Source: Promethearchaeota archaeon (GTDB lineage Archaea > Asgardarchaeota > Lokiarchaeia > Sigyniarchaeales > SOKP01). From it: a stretch of 32,000 nt of DNA. Where the stretch lies: NCBI GenBank assembly GCA_030606485.1, contig JAUWGH010000003.1, positions 240,001 through 272,000 of the forward strand. The letters are read 5' to 3'. This document shows, piece after piece, positions 1 through 10,309 of this stretch (the stretch's first letter is position 1; the number at the start of each line of letters is the position of its first letter). The notes below the pieces were generated by a model that saw only the letters and a program-made list of their open reading frames with translations, did no database searches and was not told where the DNA came from. Position numbers and translations under genes: made by a program.

Positions 1-318
1 TTCGTGGGCAATTATTTGAGGCATCTCCCAACCTTTTTCCTTAATTTCTTCAATGAACGGTGCATACCCAAAACAATGGTCAAAATGTCCATGTGAATAG
101 ATAATATATTTAACCTGTTTATTCGTAAATTCTCGAACCTCTTTAAATGTCCTTGGGCCATATTGCACTATGGGAAGATCAAATATTACTAAACCGTCAT
201 CAGTTTCAATAACACCCGTATTACCCATGCCGGGGATTATATGGCATGAATTGTCTGCAAACGTGGAAGATGGAAACATTCCAAACCAATCACGCATACC
301 TTGATTTGTAACTCTCAT
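1..318 (-). CDS. MBL-fold metallo-hydrolase (alkyl/aryl-sulfatase-like), partial, runs off the left edge
   Basis: Not in the ORF track. Manual translation from ATG at 318: MRVTNQGMRDWFGMFPSSTFADNSCHIIPGMGNTGVIETDDGLVIFDLP...KYIIYSHGHFDHCFG...IIAHE, open to position 1. Contains the HxHxDH motif (HGHFDH) and the GN..VIETDDGLVIFD strand typical of MBL folds. Confidence 0.85.
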   Translation of the reverse strand, partial: MRVTNQGMRDWFGMFPSSTFADNSCHIIPGMGNTGVIETDDGLVIFDLPIVQYGPRTFKEVREFTNKQVKYIIYSHGHFDHCFGYAPFIEEIKEKGWEMPQIIAHE

Positions 319-762
319 AATTTTTACTTACTCAACATTTTTTTAATTTTTTATTAATTAAAACTATACTTCTTGACTTATATAAAAATTAAACTCATAA
401 TATAAAATCATTCAACTATTGAATTTTACTAAAAAATCAAATAAAGTAAAGACGATATAATTTCCCATTATTCAAAAATAGAAATTCATTACCTATTTAT
501 AAACTTGAGAAAAGAGCTATTCCAATTTGTAATATAAGAGTAAAAATATTATTGAATCTTTTTTTATGAAAAATTATAGTTCAAAAATTTACCATTTCAA
601 TTTAAATAACGGTATCAGAGTTATTAGTCTTAAACATTTTAAACATATTTTCTAAATGAAGATTTTATTGAAAATTCTTATTAATCAATTTTTTTCATTT
701 CTCTTGTAATTCTCAAATAAATAAGAGAAATCTTAAAATTTACTTAAAACGAAATAAATAGT

Positions 763-1500
763 ATGGTTAAATTAATTTATCATGGTTGTATAAACTTAAG
801 CAAATTACCAAATCTATGTGAAGCGGGAACAGAATTAATCAAATTTCTTGAGCCAGAATATCAAGAGTTAGAAGACCCTCCTTGTTGTGGCTCATTATTA
901 TTTCATACTGACGAGGAGGGGGCAAGAAAGAATTGTAATGAGGTCTATGATTGGTTAAAAAAGAATAATGTAACAGAATTAACAACTATTTGTGCGGGGT
1001 GTTATAATTATTTTGTAACGTTTTATCCACAATATATACCTGAATTTGATGTTAAAATAAATCACATATCACAGTTTCTTTCGAAACCAGAATATATGCA
1101 AATGCTTGATTTGAAATATCCCGGAGAAAAGAAAATAAAAATAACATATCATGATCCATGCCATATGAAAAATGCTCGGATTCCAATATTCGAAGAACCA
1201 AGAGTAATACTAAGTAATATAAAGAATGTTGATTTAATGGCTCTTGAGTGGGAGAGAGAATTATCAACTTGTTGCGGAGCAGGAGCTGGGGTATATTCTT
1301 CGTTTAAGGAGGTCAGTAATTTTACTACAGCAGATATTTTTAGGCAAGTTAAAAAGTCAAGAGCTAAAATTCTTATTACTCCATGTAGCTTTTGCTATGT
1401 ATCGTTTAAAAGACTTGAATCAGAAAAAAATCCACGATTTAAAATATTAAAACTTGAGGAATTCATAAATAAATTGAAAAAAGGAGAGGTGATTGAATAA
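763..1500 (+). CDS. CCG-domain (Fe-S)-binding protein, LutA/GlpC/HdrB-like
   Basis: Two cysteine-rich CCG repeats: PPCCGS...TICAGC and YHDPCH...CCGAGAG...TPCSFC. The stop overlaps the next start (TAATG at 1498-1502). Confidence 0.85.
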   Translation: MVKLIYHGCINLSKLPNLCEAGTELIKFLEPEYQELEDPPCCGSLLFHTDEEGARKNCNEVYDWLKKNNVTELTTICAGCYNYFVTFYPQYIPEFDVKINHISQFLSKPEYMQMLDLKYPGEKKIKITYHDPCHMKNARIPIFEEPRVILSNIKNVDLMALEWERELSTCCGAGAGVYSSFKEVSNFTTADIFRQVKKSRAKILITPCSFCYVSFKRLESEKNPRFKILKLEEFINKLKKGEVIE

Positions 1501-2780
1501 TGACATCAGGAAAAGAATTATATGAAAATAATAAGGAAAAACTTAAGAAACTTCTTGATGAAACGAGCGAAGAGTATCAATTTGCTGATTTTTGGGGTAA
1601 TCTTGCATCAGTTAAAAAGCACCGAGAATTTGATGAGGATACTAAAGAATATGTTGATAAATATGTAGATAAATTAAGACCAATGAGAGAAGAATTAGTA
1701 AATAATCTTGAAAAATATACTGAACAAGCAATGAAATCAATAGAAAAAACTGGCGCCAAAGTTTATCTAGCTAAGACTAATGAGCAAGCTCAAAAATTAT
1801 TTTTACAAGAATTAGGAGATGAACGAACTCTATATAAATCAAAAAGTGCAGATGCAAAAGAAATGGGCATTTTAGATGCTTGTAAAAAAAATGGAATAGA
1901 GGTTATCGAAACAGACCTTGGAGATGTTTTGGTGCAAATGTTTGAATATGAACTGCCATCATATCAATTAGCACCGGGAGTGCATTTTCACCCTAGTCAA
2001 ATTGCAAATAAAATAAAAGAAAAATATAATGTTGATGTAGAACCTAATGGTCCAGCAATCGTTAGTTTTTTTAGAAAAACTCATAGACCGAAGATCCTTA
2101 ATGCAAATATCTCACTAACGTCAGCAAATGCCGTAGCAGCAGATGATGGTTCCATTGTTTTAGTAGAAAATGAGGGAAATATAAGTTTATTAACCCGTCT
2201 GCCTCCTAAACATATTGTAATTTGTGGCATTTCAAAAATTGTTCCCACCGTTTATGATGCATTATTACAGGTAAATATGCAAGAAAGATGGAATACATTA
2301 ATTGGAAGTTATATTTCATTTATTAGAGGTCCGTCCTCAACAAATGATGTCTATGGTCAAAAAGTAATCGGCATGTATGGAGCTCAAGAAGTAGCAATCA
2401 TACTTGTGGATGATTGGAGGACAAAAGCAGTTAAAGAAAATAGCTTTCTTAAAGAATTTCTTCATTGTATAAGTTGTAAGGCGTGCAATTATGTATGCAC
2501 TGCAAGCAGAGCAGTTGGAAATATATACGCTTCAAAAATGGGCCTCGGGGCGTGCGGTATTATAAAAGATTATATTCATAATGGAATTGAATCTGCTGTG
2601 AAAAATGGGTTGTTTTTATGTACTTCTTGCGAAAATTGTAAAAATTTCTGCCCAGTTCAAGTTGATTTACCAAAAATAATGAGAGAATTAAAAAAAATTG
2701 CCGTCAGTAAAAATCTAGCGCCACCACCCTTAAAATCATATCTACAAAATATTACAACTAAAAAAAATCCATTTAAATAA
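1500..2780 (+). CDS. LUD-domain Fe-S protein, LutB/LldF-like (lactate utilization protein B family)
   Basis: LUD motifs KSKS...E, VIETDLGD, SANAVAADDGSIVLVENEGN, GISKIVPT, SFIRGPS, IILVDDWR. Two 4Fe-4S motifs, CISCKACNYVC and CTSCENCKNFCP. GGAGAGGTG SD-like site upstream; translationally coupled to the CCG gene. Confidence 0.85.
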   Translation: MTSGKELYENNKEKLKKLLDETSEEYQFADFWGNLASVKKHREFDEDTKEYVDKYVDKLRPMREELVNNLEKYTEQAMKSIEKTGAKVYLAKTNEQAQKLFLQELGDERTLYKSKSADAKEMGILDACKKNGIEVIETDLGDVLVQMFEYELPSYQLAPGVHFHPSQIANKIKEKYNVDVEPNGPAIVSFFRKTHRPKILNANISLTSANAVAADDGSIVLVENEGNISLLTRLPPKHIVICGISKIVPTVYDALLQVNMQERWNTLIGSYISFIRGPSSTNDVYGQKVIGMYGAQEVAIILVDDWRTKAVKENSFLKEFLHCISCKACNYVCTASRAVGNIYASKMGLGACGIIKDYIHNGIESAVKNGLFLCTSCENCKNFCPVQVDLPKIMRELKKIAVSKNLAPPPLKSYLQNITTKKNPFK

Positions 2781-2867
2781 TACTATTTCAAATTAAAAAC
2801 ACAAATAATTAAAAAAAAAAGAAAAAACAAAAAGAGATTAAATAATTTTTTTTTCTTAAATTTTATT

Positions 2868-4637
2868 CTACTTTGATTTCCAGAGAGAATCTGCCTCTTG
2901 GAGCGCTCTTCTCTGAACTTTTCCTAGAATACTCTTTGGAACTTCGTCAATAAATTCAAAAATTGCCGGACATTTCCATTTTGTTAGATTCTCTTCTGTC
3001 CAAGCTTTTAACTCATCTTCGGTAATCTTTCCTTTATATTCTGGTTTTATCTCCACCCAAGCTTTTGCAATTTCGCCTACTTTTCCTTCTGGATCGGGTA
3101 AACCTGCAACAGCCGCTTCGGAAACTGCTTCATGCTTCATAAGCATTGACTCAACTTCTTTCGGAAAGACGGAATGACCTGCTACTTTAATTAATTGTTT
3201 CTTACGATCTCGAATCGCTATTGTCCCATCTTCATTCATGAACCCAATATCTCCCGTGAGAAGCCATATTCGATTATCCCATTCTTTAAGAGTTTCGGCA
3301 GTTTCTTCTGGCTGGTTTAAATATTCTATCATAACTTGAGGTCCGCAACAACAAATTTCTCCCGAATATTCCTCACCGTATTTCGAACCGGGCAACCCAT
3401 CTGCAATTATACCTTTACTAAAATCTTCACCATCAAAAATAGCCCAGTCAGTTCCAGTAAATGGCATACCTATAGTGCCGATAGGACTTTCTCCAAATAG
3501 ATTTCCTGCACTAACAACGGGACTTGCTTCAGAAAGACCATATCCCTCAACTATTCTGCCGCCAGTATTCTTTTCAAATGCTTCTGCGACCGGTCCATGT
3601 AAAGGTCCCGCTCCTGAAACACACAACCTTAATTTACCCTTAATATCAAACTCTTTAATCAGTGGAAAATCAGCGAGACGTTTAAACAAAATTTCTGCGC
3701 CAGTATATAAAAAACCTTTTGGTGCCGGTAAATCTTGAATTGTCTCAAGTAATTCCTCAGTTGGAGGAGGTCTCGGAAATAGCATCATCCAACCACCGAG
3801 TGCAATACATGCATTCATAACCGTAGTCATAGCAAACGAGTGAAATAATGGTAAAACACCGACATCACCTATTCCAGGCTCTTCACCACCAAACCATGAA
3901 ATACATTGTCTTGCATTAGATACTAAGTTAAAATGAGTTAATACCGTGGCTTTTGGTACACCGGTTGTACCACCCGTCATTATGTATGTTGCGGGAAGAT
4001 CAATTGGGTCAATCTCGACATCAGGGAGATTTGGCTCAGTTTTTAATAGATCCAACAACTTATAAGCCGGCTCAAAATCAACTTTCCCTTTTGGAATCTT
4101 ACCGATCAATTTACCAATAAATTTAATCGCACCTGAAAGACCAGAAGCTAAATCTGCAACGTTTGTATATACTATAAACTCAATGTTGGTCTTAGCAATT
4201 ATAGGCTTAACAAATTCACCATACAAGGCATCCAATATAATTAAAGCTTTCGGATTAGTCGTCTCAATCTGATATAAAACTTCAAGAGGTTTGTAGGTAG
4301 GATTAATTCCAGTTGCAATAACGCCAATCTTTGCGCATGCATAGAAACTAATGATATATTGAAAACTATTTGGCAGAAGTAATGCACATACATCCCCTTT
4401 TTTTAACCCCAAATTAGAAAGAGCAGTCGCAAGGGAATCCATAGCCTTACCAGCCTCATCATACGTCATCCATGAATGCAAAAACCACATCATATTATCG
4501 TTTGCATATTTCCTTCTCTGCCCTTCAAAAAATTCTCCTAATGAAATCTTCTCAAATTCCATGTTCTTAGGACATTTTTCTGGCCACCATTTTTTAAACC
4601 AAGCTTTATCTTCATTTACTTGCCATTCTTTTGCCAT
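2868..4637 (-). CDS. fadD: Long-chain-fatty-acid--CoA ligase (AMP-binding/ANL family)
   Basis: AMP-binding motif YIMTGGTTGVPKAT, plus EGYGLSE, TGDIG, IRDRKKQLIKVAGHSVFPKEVE and the terminal PKSILGKVQRR catalytic Lys. Confidence 0.9.
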   Translation of the reverse strand: MAKEWQVNEDKAWFKKWWPEKCPKNMEFEKISLGEFFEGQRRKYANDNMMWFLHSWMTYDEAGKAMDSLATALSNLGLKKGDVCALLLPNSFQYIISFYACAKIGVIATGINPTYKPLEVLYQIETTNPKALIILDALYGEFVKPIIAKTNIEFIVYTNVADLASGLSGAIKFIGKLIGKIPKGKVDFEPAYKLLDLLKTEPNLPDVEIDPIDLPATYIMTGGTTGVPKATVLTHFNLVSNARQCISWFGGEEPGIGDVGVLPLFHSFAMTTVMNACIALGGWMMLFPRPPPTEELLETIQDLPAPKGFLYTGAEILFKRLADFPLIKEFDIKGKLRLCVSGAGPLHGPVAEAFEKNTGGRIVEGYGLSEASPVVSAGNLFGESPIGTIGMPFTGTDWAIFDGEDFSKGIIADGLPGSKYGEEYSGEICCCGPQVMIEYLNQPEETAETLKEWDNRIWLLTGDIGFMNEDGTIAIRDRKKQLIKVAGHSVFPKEVESMLMKHEAVSEAAVAGLPDPEGKVGEIAKAWVEIKPEYKGKITEDELKAWTEENLTKWKCPAIFEFIDEVPKSILGKVQRRALQEADSLWKSK

Positions 4638-4878
4638 TGTTTATCACTTTTAATATTAACTTTTATCAGATTATAAGAACAATAATAAAAAATTCGTAAA
4701 TAATCTTATTATTTTCAAATTATTGATATTTAAAGATCATCAAAATCAGTATCAAAAAGCCAAATCAGAGAATCAAATATTTAAATTTATTATAAATATT
4801 TAATTTTTCCTTATGTTATTTATGTGTTCTTATGAACTGATCTCTCTATCTTGTTAATCCATTTAGATTTTTAATAGT

Positions 4879-4910
4879 AAAAAAAGAAAAAAAAGAAAAA
4901 AAAAGAAAAA
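4879..4910 (-). terminator. Oligo-T tract (T5-C-T9-C-T8-C-T7 on the minus strand), likely archaeal intrinsic terminator
   Basis: The + strand reads A7-G-A8-G-A9-G-A5, 17-48 nt past the stop of the 4927..7152 gene. Confidence 0.55.
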
Positions 4911-4926
4911 TTTAAATTTAACTTGC

Positions 4927-7152
4927 CTATCTTATCAATTTATTCTTGCGTCGTGTAATTAAAATCGTTGCTACTCCAATTAAGGTAATACCACCTAAGA
5001 GGAGGACAATAGAAATAATGGATTGAGCCTCCCAAGTCATGAAAACGCTAAATACAGGGTCATGTAAGATTCCATCACCGCTCCCATCGAATGTTGGATA
5101 ATTTACAGAATATAACATTACATTGAATTCAGTTTGAATAAAGGCTTCAGAAGTAAATGATGCACTAGGAGTCTCTTCATCCATGTGAGTTGAGAAGTCT
5201 GAAACTCCAGCTTCGAATAATCCCAGAGGAATTATGCTCGTACTGGCGGGGTATTGAGTTGTATTAGTTGGGCTTACCTGGTCATAATAAGGTCCAGCAA
5301 TATCAACGAAAGGAACAACTGGGGCTTCTGGCATATAATTACCGATATATAAAGCGTGTTCTTCTTCGTGGTAATCGTCTTCGGTTAGCATCGGATGATC
5401 TCTTTGTTCATCGTAGGCTAGGATTTTTTCTTGAGATACTTCATCTAAACTTAGATTGAAATGAATGTGCAAAGCAGTCGAGAGATAAATAAATGCCATA
5501 TCTAGGCCAGAAATGTCGGCATTAGGTCCTTCACCATCATTCCATGGCGCAAAATACTGATCCAATTTAACTTTACCCGATGCTAATTGAATAGTCTTTG
5601 TGACTCCATCTTCTTTGATCTCAACAGAATCTGTGATATTTGGTATGAATGTAAAACCAAAGAATATAAAATCAAGGTTTTCTTCAGGGATATCTCCGAC
5701 ATAATCTTCCATTTCAACGCATAATGGCACAGTAGAGATATTAACGTCATTCATTTGCATACCCCAAGAAATAGATTCTGGAACATCAAACTCATTTTTA
5801 TTAATTGTTGGTTCTTTAACTTCGAAATCGTCTACTTCTCCAAGATGAATTCGATGAGTTACTTCTGTAGATTTTGGAACTTGGACATATGTATTATTTC
5901 TCATTATGGGATTCCCATCTTCATCGGTGACATTTACATATTCAACTGTAATTTTTCCATCTTCATTTTCATCATTATATAGGAAAGCTCCTGAAAGATG
6001 GTGAGTAAATAAGTAGAATTCAATATCACATCCATCGAAAATTGCAGCGGGATTAATACCTTCAAATGGATCTCCAGAATTACTATATCCATCCTGGGAT
6101 GTCATAAATGTCCCACCACCACCACCGCCATTACCTGTAGGTATAGCTTGACTAAGTAATTGCATTATGGCATTTGCATCAATTTCGACGTGAAAATTCT
6201 TAATCCACAACTGAATAAGGTCAAAAGTAAAGTGAGTCCATTTTTTCACACGTTTACTTGCAATATCTGGTTTTGAAAGGAGCCATAGCATATATTCATC
6301 ATTATGATCTTCAGCCATGGTTTTCCAGCCCCAACCAGCAATCAATGGCTCAGGTATTACAGACCCATTTGCATAATACCACGTCTTAGTTATTTCGAAG
6401 TCAGCACCAGTTGTAATCAACAACGTTTGATAAGTAATGGGGTTTAACATTATTAATTCATCGCCGTTGATAATATCATTAATGTGGATGAGTAAATAAG
6501 AAACAACATTAGCGATTTTTCCAACCATTTTTGTCGCCGCTTTTGTAGCTTCTGCTTCGGTTGGTGGATTTTCCTCGAAATGTTTAGCCATTCTAAATAA
6601 TTCCTTACCCACGTCAATAACTTTTTGCAGTGCTTTTATAAGTGAGCCATCACTATCCCAAATAATGAATGTAACTGCGGCACCAGATGTAAAGTTGTAA
6701 TGAACACTTCCTTTTTTGCCAACGACACAATAGGGATTGCCCCAACCAATTTCTTCTTCAGTACGATTAGATAGATATCCCCATGGAACCCAATAATGCC
6801 TTCCATCTTGTTCCTGATAATATTCAGTCCAATTATGTGTGTCTTCCATGGATGCGTTTAATACAAAAACCCCTGGAAGCATTTCTTTTGAAGATATGTC
6901 TAATCCTTGCATAAAAAGCGTCATTATTACTTTCCCAAGAACGTCTCCAGCAGGTCCAAATTGTCCAAACATTCCCATTGCTCTTCCCATTCCACCCCAG
7001 AGAGCAGAAGGATTGCCCATCATGCCTCCATCTGGGGTTCCAGGTGCAGATGAGACACCATATTCTTGTCCAGAAACCATCAGTGGTAATGAAATAGAAG
7101 AACTGATAAGAAAGGCGATAATCAAAAAGGTTTTAAATCCAATTTTTGCCAT
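4927..7152 (-). CDS. Secreted, C-terminally membrane-anchored surface glycoprotein (hypothetical)
   Basis: N-terminal signal-like segment (MAKIGFKTFLIIAFLISSSISLPLMVSG), acidic body, 11 N-x-S/T sequons counted by eye, DENEDG Ca-binding-like loop and GNGGGGGGT linker. Ends in HDP followed by a TM helix and basic tail (TRRKNKLIR). Confidence 0.75.
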   Translation of the reverse strand: MAKIGFKTFLIIAFLISSSISLPLMVSGQEYGVSSAPGTPDGGMMGNPSALWGGMGRAMGMFGQFGPAGDVLGKVIMTLFMQGLDISSKEMLPGVFVLNASMEDTHNWTEYYQEQDGRHYWVPWGYLSNRTEEEIGWGNPYCVVGKKGSVHYNFTSGAAVTFIIWDSDGSLIKALQKVIDVGKELFRMAKHFEENPPTEAEATKAATKMVGKIANVVSYLLIHINDIINGDELIMLNPITYQTLLITTGADFEITKTWYYANGSVIPEPLIAGWGWKTMAEDHNDEYMLWLLSKPDIASKRVKKWTHFTFDLIQLWIKNFHVEIDANAIMQLLSQAIPTGNGGGGGGTFMTSQDGYSNSGDPFEGINPAAIFDGCDIEFYLFTHHLSGAFLYNDENEDGKITVEYVNVTDEDGNPIMRNNTYVQVPKSTEVTHRIHLGEVDDFEVKEPTINKNEFDVPESISWGMQMNDVNISTVPLCVEMEDYVGDIPEENLDFIFFGFTFIPNITDSVEIKEDGVTKTIQLASGKVKLDQYFAPWNDGEGPNADISGLDMAFIYLSTALHIHFNLSLDEVSQEKILAYDEQRDHPMLTEDDYHEEEHALYIGNYMPEAPVVPFVDIAGPYYDQVSPTNTTQYPASTSIIPLGLFEAGVSDFSTHMDEETPSASFTSEAFIQTEFNVMLYSVNYPTFDGSGDGILHDPVFSVFMTWEAQSIISIVLLLGGITLIGVATILITRRKNKLIR

Positions 7153-7312
7153 GATTATCCCTATCTTTTTAAATTTTTTATTATAATTTATTTAGATTTA
7201 TATTTACATATAGAAAATTATCTTTTTATAAATTGAGTTTCTAATATATTAGAAAAATCAAAATTTGCCTTGCTGTGTGCATTTATGATTAAATTAATTA
7301 TTCAAATTCGAA

Positions 7313-7334
7313 TTATCAATTATATTTTTGATAA
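7313..7334. promoter_or_regulatory. Inverted repeat TTATCAA-N8-TTGATAA, similar to the 21163 element
   Basis: Arms at 7313-7319 and 7328-7334, spacer TTATATTT, about 160 nt upstream of the surface protein gene; an extra TTGATAA lies at 7358. Confidence 0.35.
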
Positions 7335-7460
7335 AAAGGTTCTTATATTTAAATATTTTGATAAATTTATAAAAAACTTTCTTATTTCTTTAAAAAGGCG
7401 GAATTTGGATACAATTTTTAATGCAAACAACAAATTGAGATTATTAATTTAGATTAAAAT

Positions 7461-8486
7461 TTAGCTTTCTACATCTTCTATTTTCAAAAATGTAATAAAA
7501 AATATTAAAATAAAGATAACTGCGGATAGTATTAGGCTCCAAGTTTTTATTGTGTTTCCCAAGTCAAAAATGGGGCCAATATCATAGGTAATTAGGCTTG
7601 AACCCATAAAAACTATTGCGATGAGGTATCCTAAAATGTATGATTTAAATGATCTATCTTCCATCTTTCCTTTAATAAGATTAGCTAATGCAACAAAACA
7701 CACAATAACAAATCCTGCATAATAAAATAAATCTATAATTGGAATTTCGAAAATTTCTAAAAATATAAAGAATAGGAAACAAAAGGCGTCAAAAACTTTT
7801 ACACCCATGAAAAAACTAGCGTCATCTGGTTTCATATATAATTGTTCGTATTCACTTATACCAGACTTCTTAAATATAATAATTAAAGACCCAATGGCAA
7901 GTGCAGTACATAATGCTCTTGAAATTATATAAATATAATCCAATAATGGAACCCAAATATTACTCCATAAATATATTGATAATGTGATAATTTCAGGAAT
8001 GATAATAATTCCGCATATAATAGGGAGAATAATTGCAATTATTACTGCGATTTTAGTTAATAAAGAAGTTTTAGATTGTTCATCCCATTCTTCTCGTCTA
8101 AAAGTAGTTAAACGCCATGCAAACGATGCAAATGCTAAAACTGAAATAATAGGAGTAACTAATGGATAAATTAAAATTAGTAGAACAAATATTGCATTAA
8201 GTCCATAGAAAAATTTCAATCTTAAAGGAACTACTCCAATGGTTTTATCCATCATATCTATTGATGAAGCAGTTCGATTTGCAAAAATTAATAAAAAATA
8301 CACCCAAGAAATGCTAAAAACAAGCGGAATCAGTATTTTTAATAAAAAAAATTGTGTTTGTTCGTCAGCCCATGCTAATTGAAATGGTATAAGGAAAAAG
8401 ATTATGAAAATTAAAATTGGAACTAAAAAAATAGATAAGAGGACTATTAACCTACTTACAATGATACCTTTTATTTTTCTGGACAT
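7461..8486 (-). CDS. Polytopic membrane protein, unknown function
   Basis: 341-aa ORF with about 9 hydrophobic segments and no recognised motif. Confidence 0.75.
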   Translation of the reverse strand: MSRKIKGIIVSRLIVLLSIFLVPILIFIIFFLIPFQLAWADEQTQFFLLKILIPLVFSISWVYFLLIFANRTASSIDMMDKTIGVVPLRLKFFYGLNAIFVLLILIYPLVTPIISVLAFASFAWRLTTFRREEWDEQSKTSLLTKIAVIIAIILPIICGIIIIPEIITLSIYLWSNIWVPLLDYIYIISRALCTALAIGSLIIIFKKSGISEYEQLYMKPDDASFFMGVKVFDAFCFLFFIFLEIFEIPIIDLFYYAGFVIVCFVALANLIKGKMEDRSFKSYILGYLIAIVFMGSSLITYDIGPIFDLGNTIKTWSLILSAVIFILIFFITFLKIEDVES

Positions 8487-8699
8487 TCTTAATCATCACA
8501 TTAAATATTTTATCTAATTGATTTATTTTATGATTAAATATTATTTGATTCTATATAAATTTAAAAGTTAAAAAGATGTTTAAACATTTGAACTCTATTA
8601 ATAAAAATGAAATTTTTGTTTGTATAATTAAAAAAAAGAAAGAAAAAATAGAGATTCTTAATAATTTTATTATTAATTAGAGGTTTATTAACTTATTCT

Positions 8700-9500
8700 T
8701 TAAGCTTTAGCTCCACACTTGGTGCAAAATGTGTCTTCTGGCTCTAATTTAGCACCACATTGCATACAAAAGTTTGTGGCTTCAGTGGATGCAATTGCTG
8801 CTTTCTTTTCTACTTCTCCTTTTTCAGCGGTGCCAAATTCCGGTTCTGCATAACTCTTAACTTTTCCTCCTTCTTCTCCCGGTTTATATTTCAGTGATCC
8901 TATAAATGCCCCAAACACACCACCGATTAAACAACCTTCTAAAATTGCTGTTATAACGGCCAATACAAACGGTCTATCCGTTAACCCTTCAAATATATCA
9001 TTAATTAGTTCAGTAATAAAACTTAAATCGATGGGTAAACCTACACCCCCGAGTAACATATTAAGAATTACAGGCATTAAAAGATAGATTACAATAGTTG
9101 GTATCATATAGCCCAAACCTATAGCTACCGAAGTTGTGAGACCTCCCTTTGGGCTATGAGCGAATATGGCTGCTGTAAGTGTACAGCATAATATCCAAGG
9201 GAGAACTACTGCCAGCATCATCATAGGCTCGTCCGGTCTATAAATAAGAATCCAATCTAGCGGAAAGAGCATTAATAAGATGATCCCAAAGGCAGCACCA
9301 CCTAAAATAGGTATTAATGCCCCTAAAGGTCCTAGCATAGATAGCATTGAACTAAGTGTACCTAGAGCTTCACCCAGATTTGTAATTACTCCGCCAGTAA
9401 TTGCTGACCCAAGGTCTAAAAACGTAAAACTGATCCAAGCCATCGGGATGAGACACAACATCCCCAAGCAGCCCGAACAAATTACTCTTTTTAATCCCAT
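8700..9500 (-). CDS. Membrane protein with C-terminal zinc ribbon
   Basis: About 5-6 Gly-rich hydrophobic helices, a charged linker, then CMQCGAKLEPEDTFCTKCG (CxxC-x10-CxxC zinc ribbon). Confidence 0.8.
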   Translation of the reverse strand: MGLKRVICSGCLGMLCLIPMAWISFTFLDLGSAITGGVITNLGEALGTLSSMLSMLGPLGALIPILGGAAFGIILLMLFPLDWILIYRPDEPMMMLAVVLPWILCCTLTAAIFAHSPKGGLTTSVAIGLGYMIPTIVIYLLMPVILNMLLGGVGLPIDLSFITELINDIFEGLTDRPFVLAVITAILEGCLIGGVFGAFIGSLKYKPGEEGGKVKSYAEPEFGTAEKGEVEKKAAIASTEATNFCMQCGAKLEPEDTFCTKCGAKA

Positions 9501-9609
9501 TATACATCTCTCATAAAATTAGATCTTGTTATTATCTATATTAAAAAAATTATCGTATTTAATTTCACGTATATTTTATATATTAAATAAAAAATAAGAT
9601 AAAAAGATT

Positions 9610-10299
9610 TTATTTTATAGAAATAATTCTTCCTTTATCCATTTTAATTAGTTGATCGCACCATTTAGATAAATCTCGATGAGAAACTATAATCATCGTT
9701 GTATCATAATCTTTATTTAGTTTTTTGAGAAGGTTCATTATCATTGTTTCGGAATCCGGATCTAAATTCCCGGTTGGTTCATCAGCTAGAATCACTCGAG
9801 GGCGATGTACAATTGCCCGGGCGATTGCAACTCTTTGTTTCTCACCACCAGACATTTGGACAGGAAAGTGGTCTTTTCTCTCTAATAAGTCTACATCGCG
9901 TAAAGCTGCGATTGCCCTATTTTCAACTTCTTTATTGCGTAATACCGTTGGCCATAGAGCAGATTCTACATTTTCAATAGCGGTTAAATTATTGATTAAA
10001 TTAAAATCTTGAAAGACAAAGCCAATTTTTCTTCTACGAATTCGGGCAAGACGATCTTCTGTTGAGCGGGAAATATTTTCACCATCTAATATAACTTTCC
10101 CACTATCGGGTAAATCTAGACCTGATAATACGTTTAAAAGTGTGCTTTTTCCGCAAGCAGTGGGTCCTTGTATGATTACGAATTTTCCTTCTTTAATTTC
10201 CAAATTGATATCGATAAGTGCTCTAATAATTGCACCTTCTCTTCTATATTCTTTATTAACTTCTTCGGCCTTAATCATAACATCTATATCTACCATCAT
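9610..10299 (-). CDS. ABC transporter ATP-binding protein, LolD/MacB/FtsE-like
   Basis: Walker [21 protein letters not shown]-loop, signature [14 protein letters not shown], Walker [12 protein letters not shown] and H-switch VSH. Confidence 0.92.
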   Translation of the reverse strand: MMVDIDVMIKAEEVNKEYRREGAIIRALIDINLEIKEGKFVIIQGPTACGKSTLLNVLSGLDLPDSGKVILDGENISRSTEDRLARIRRRKIGFVFQDFNLINNLTAIENVESALWPTVLRNKEVENRAIAALRDVDLLERKDHFPVQMSGGEKQRVAIARAIVHRPRVILADEPTGNLDPDSETMIMNLLKKLNKDYDTTMIIVSHRDLSKWCDQLIKMDKGRIISIK

Positions 10300-10309
10300 A
10301 TTCGCCTCT

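Noticed and set aside
763-2780. CCG/LUD pair as the missing HdrBC partner of the HTH-HdrA complex
   Set aside because: It lies more than 15 kb away in a separate operon and fits the LutA/LutB families better, so there is no sequence evidence for coupling.
4879-4910. A7-G-A8-G-A9-G ladder as a phase-variable repeat
   Set aside because: It is non-coding and downstream of a gene, so it is better explained as a U-rich terminator. Homopolymer lengths may also be sequencing error.
7270-7452. 60-aa ORF in an intergenic spacer
   Set aside because: TTG start, no SD, and low-complexity Ile/Lys/Phe/Asn composition typical of translated AT-rich non-coding DNA.
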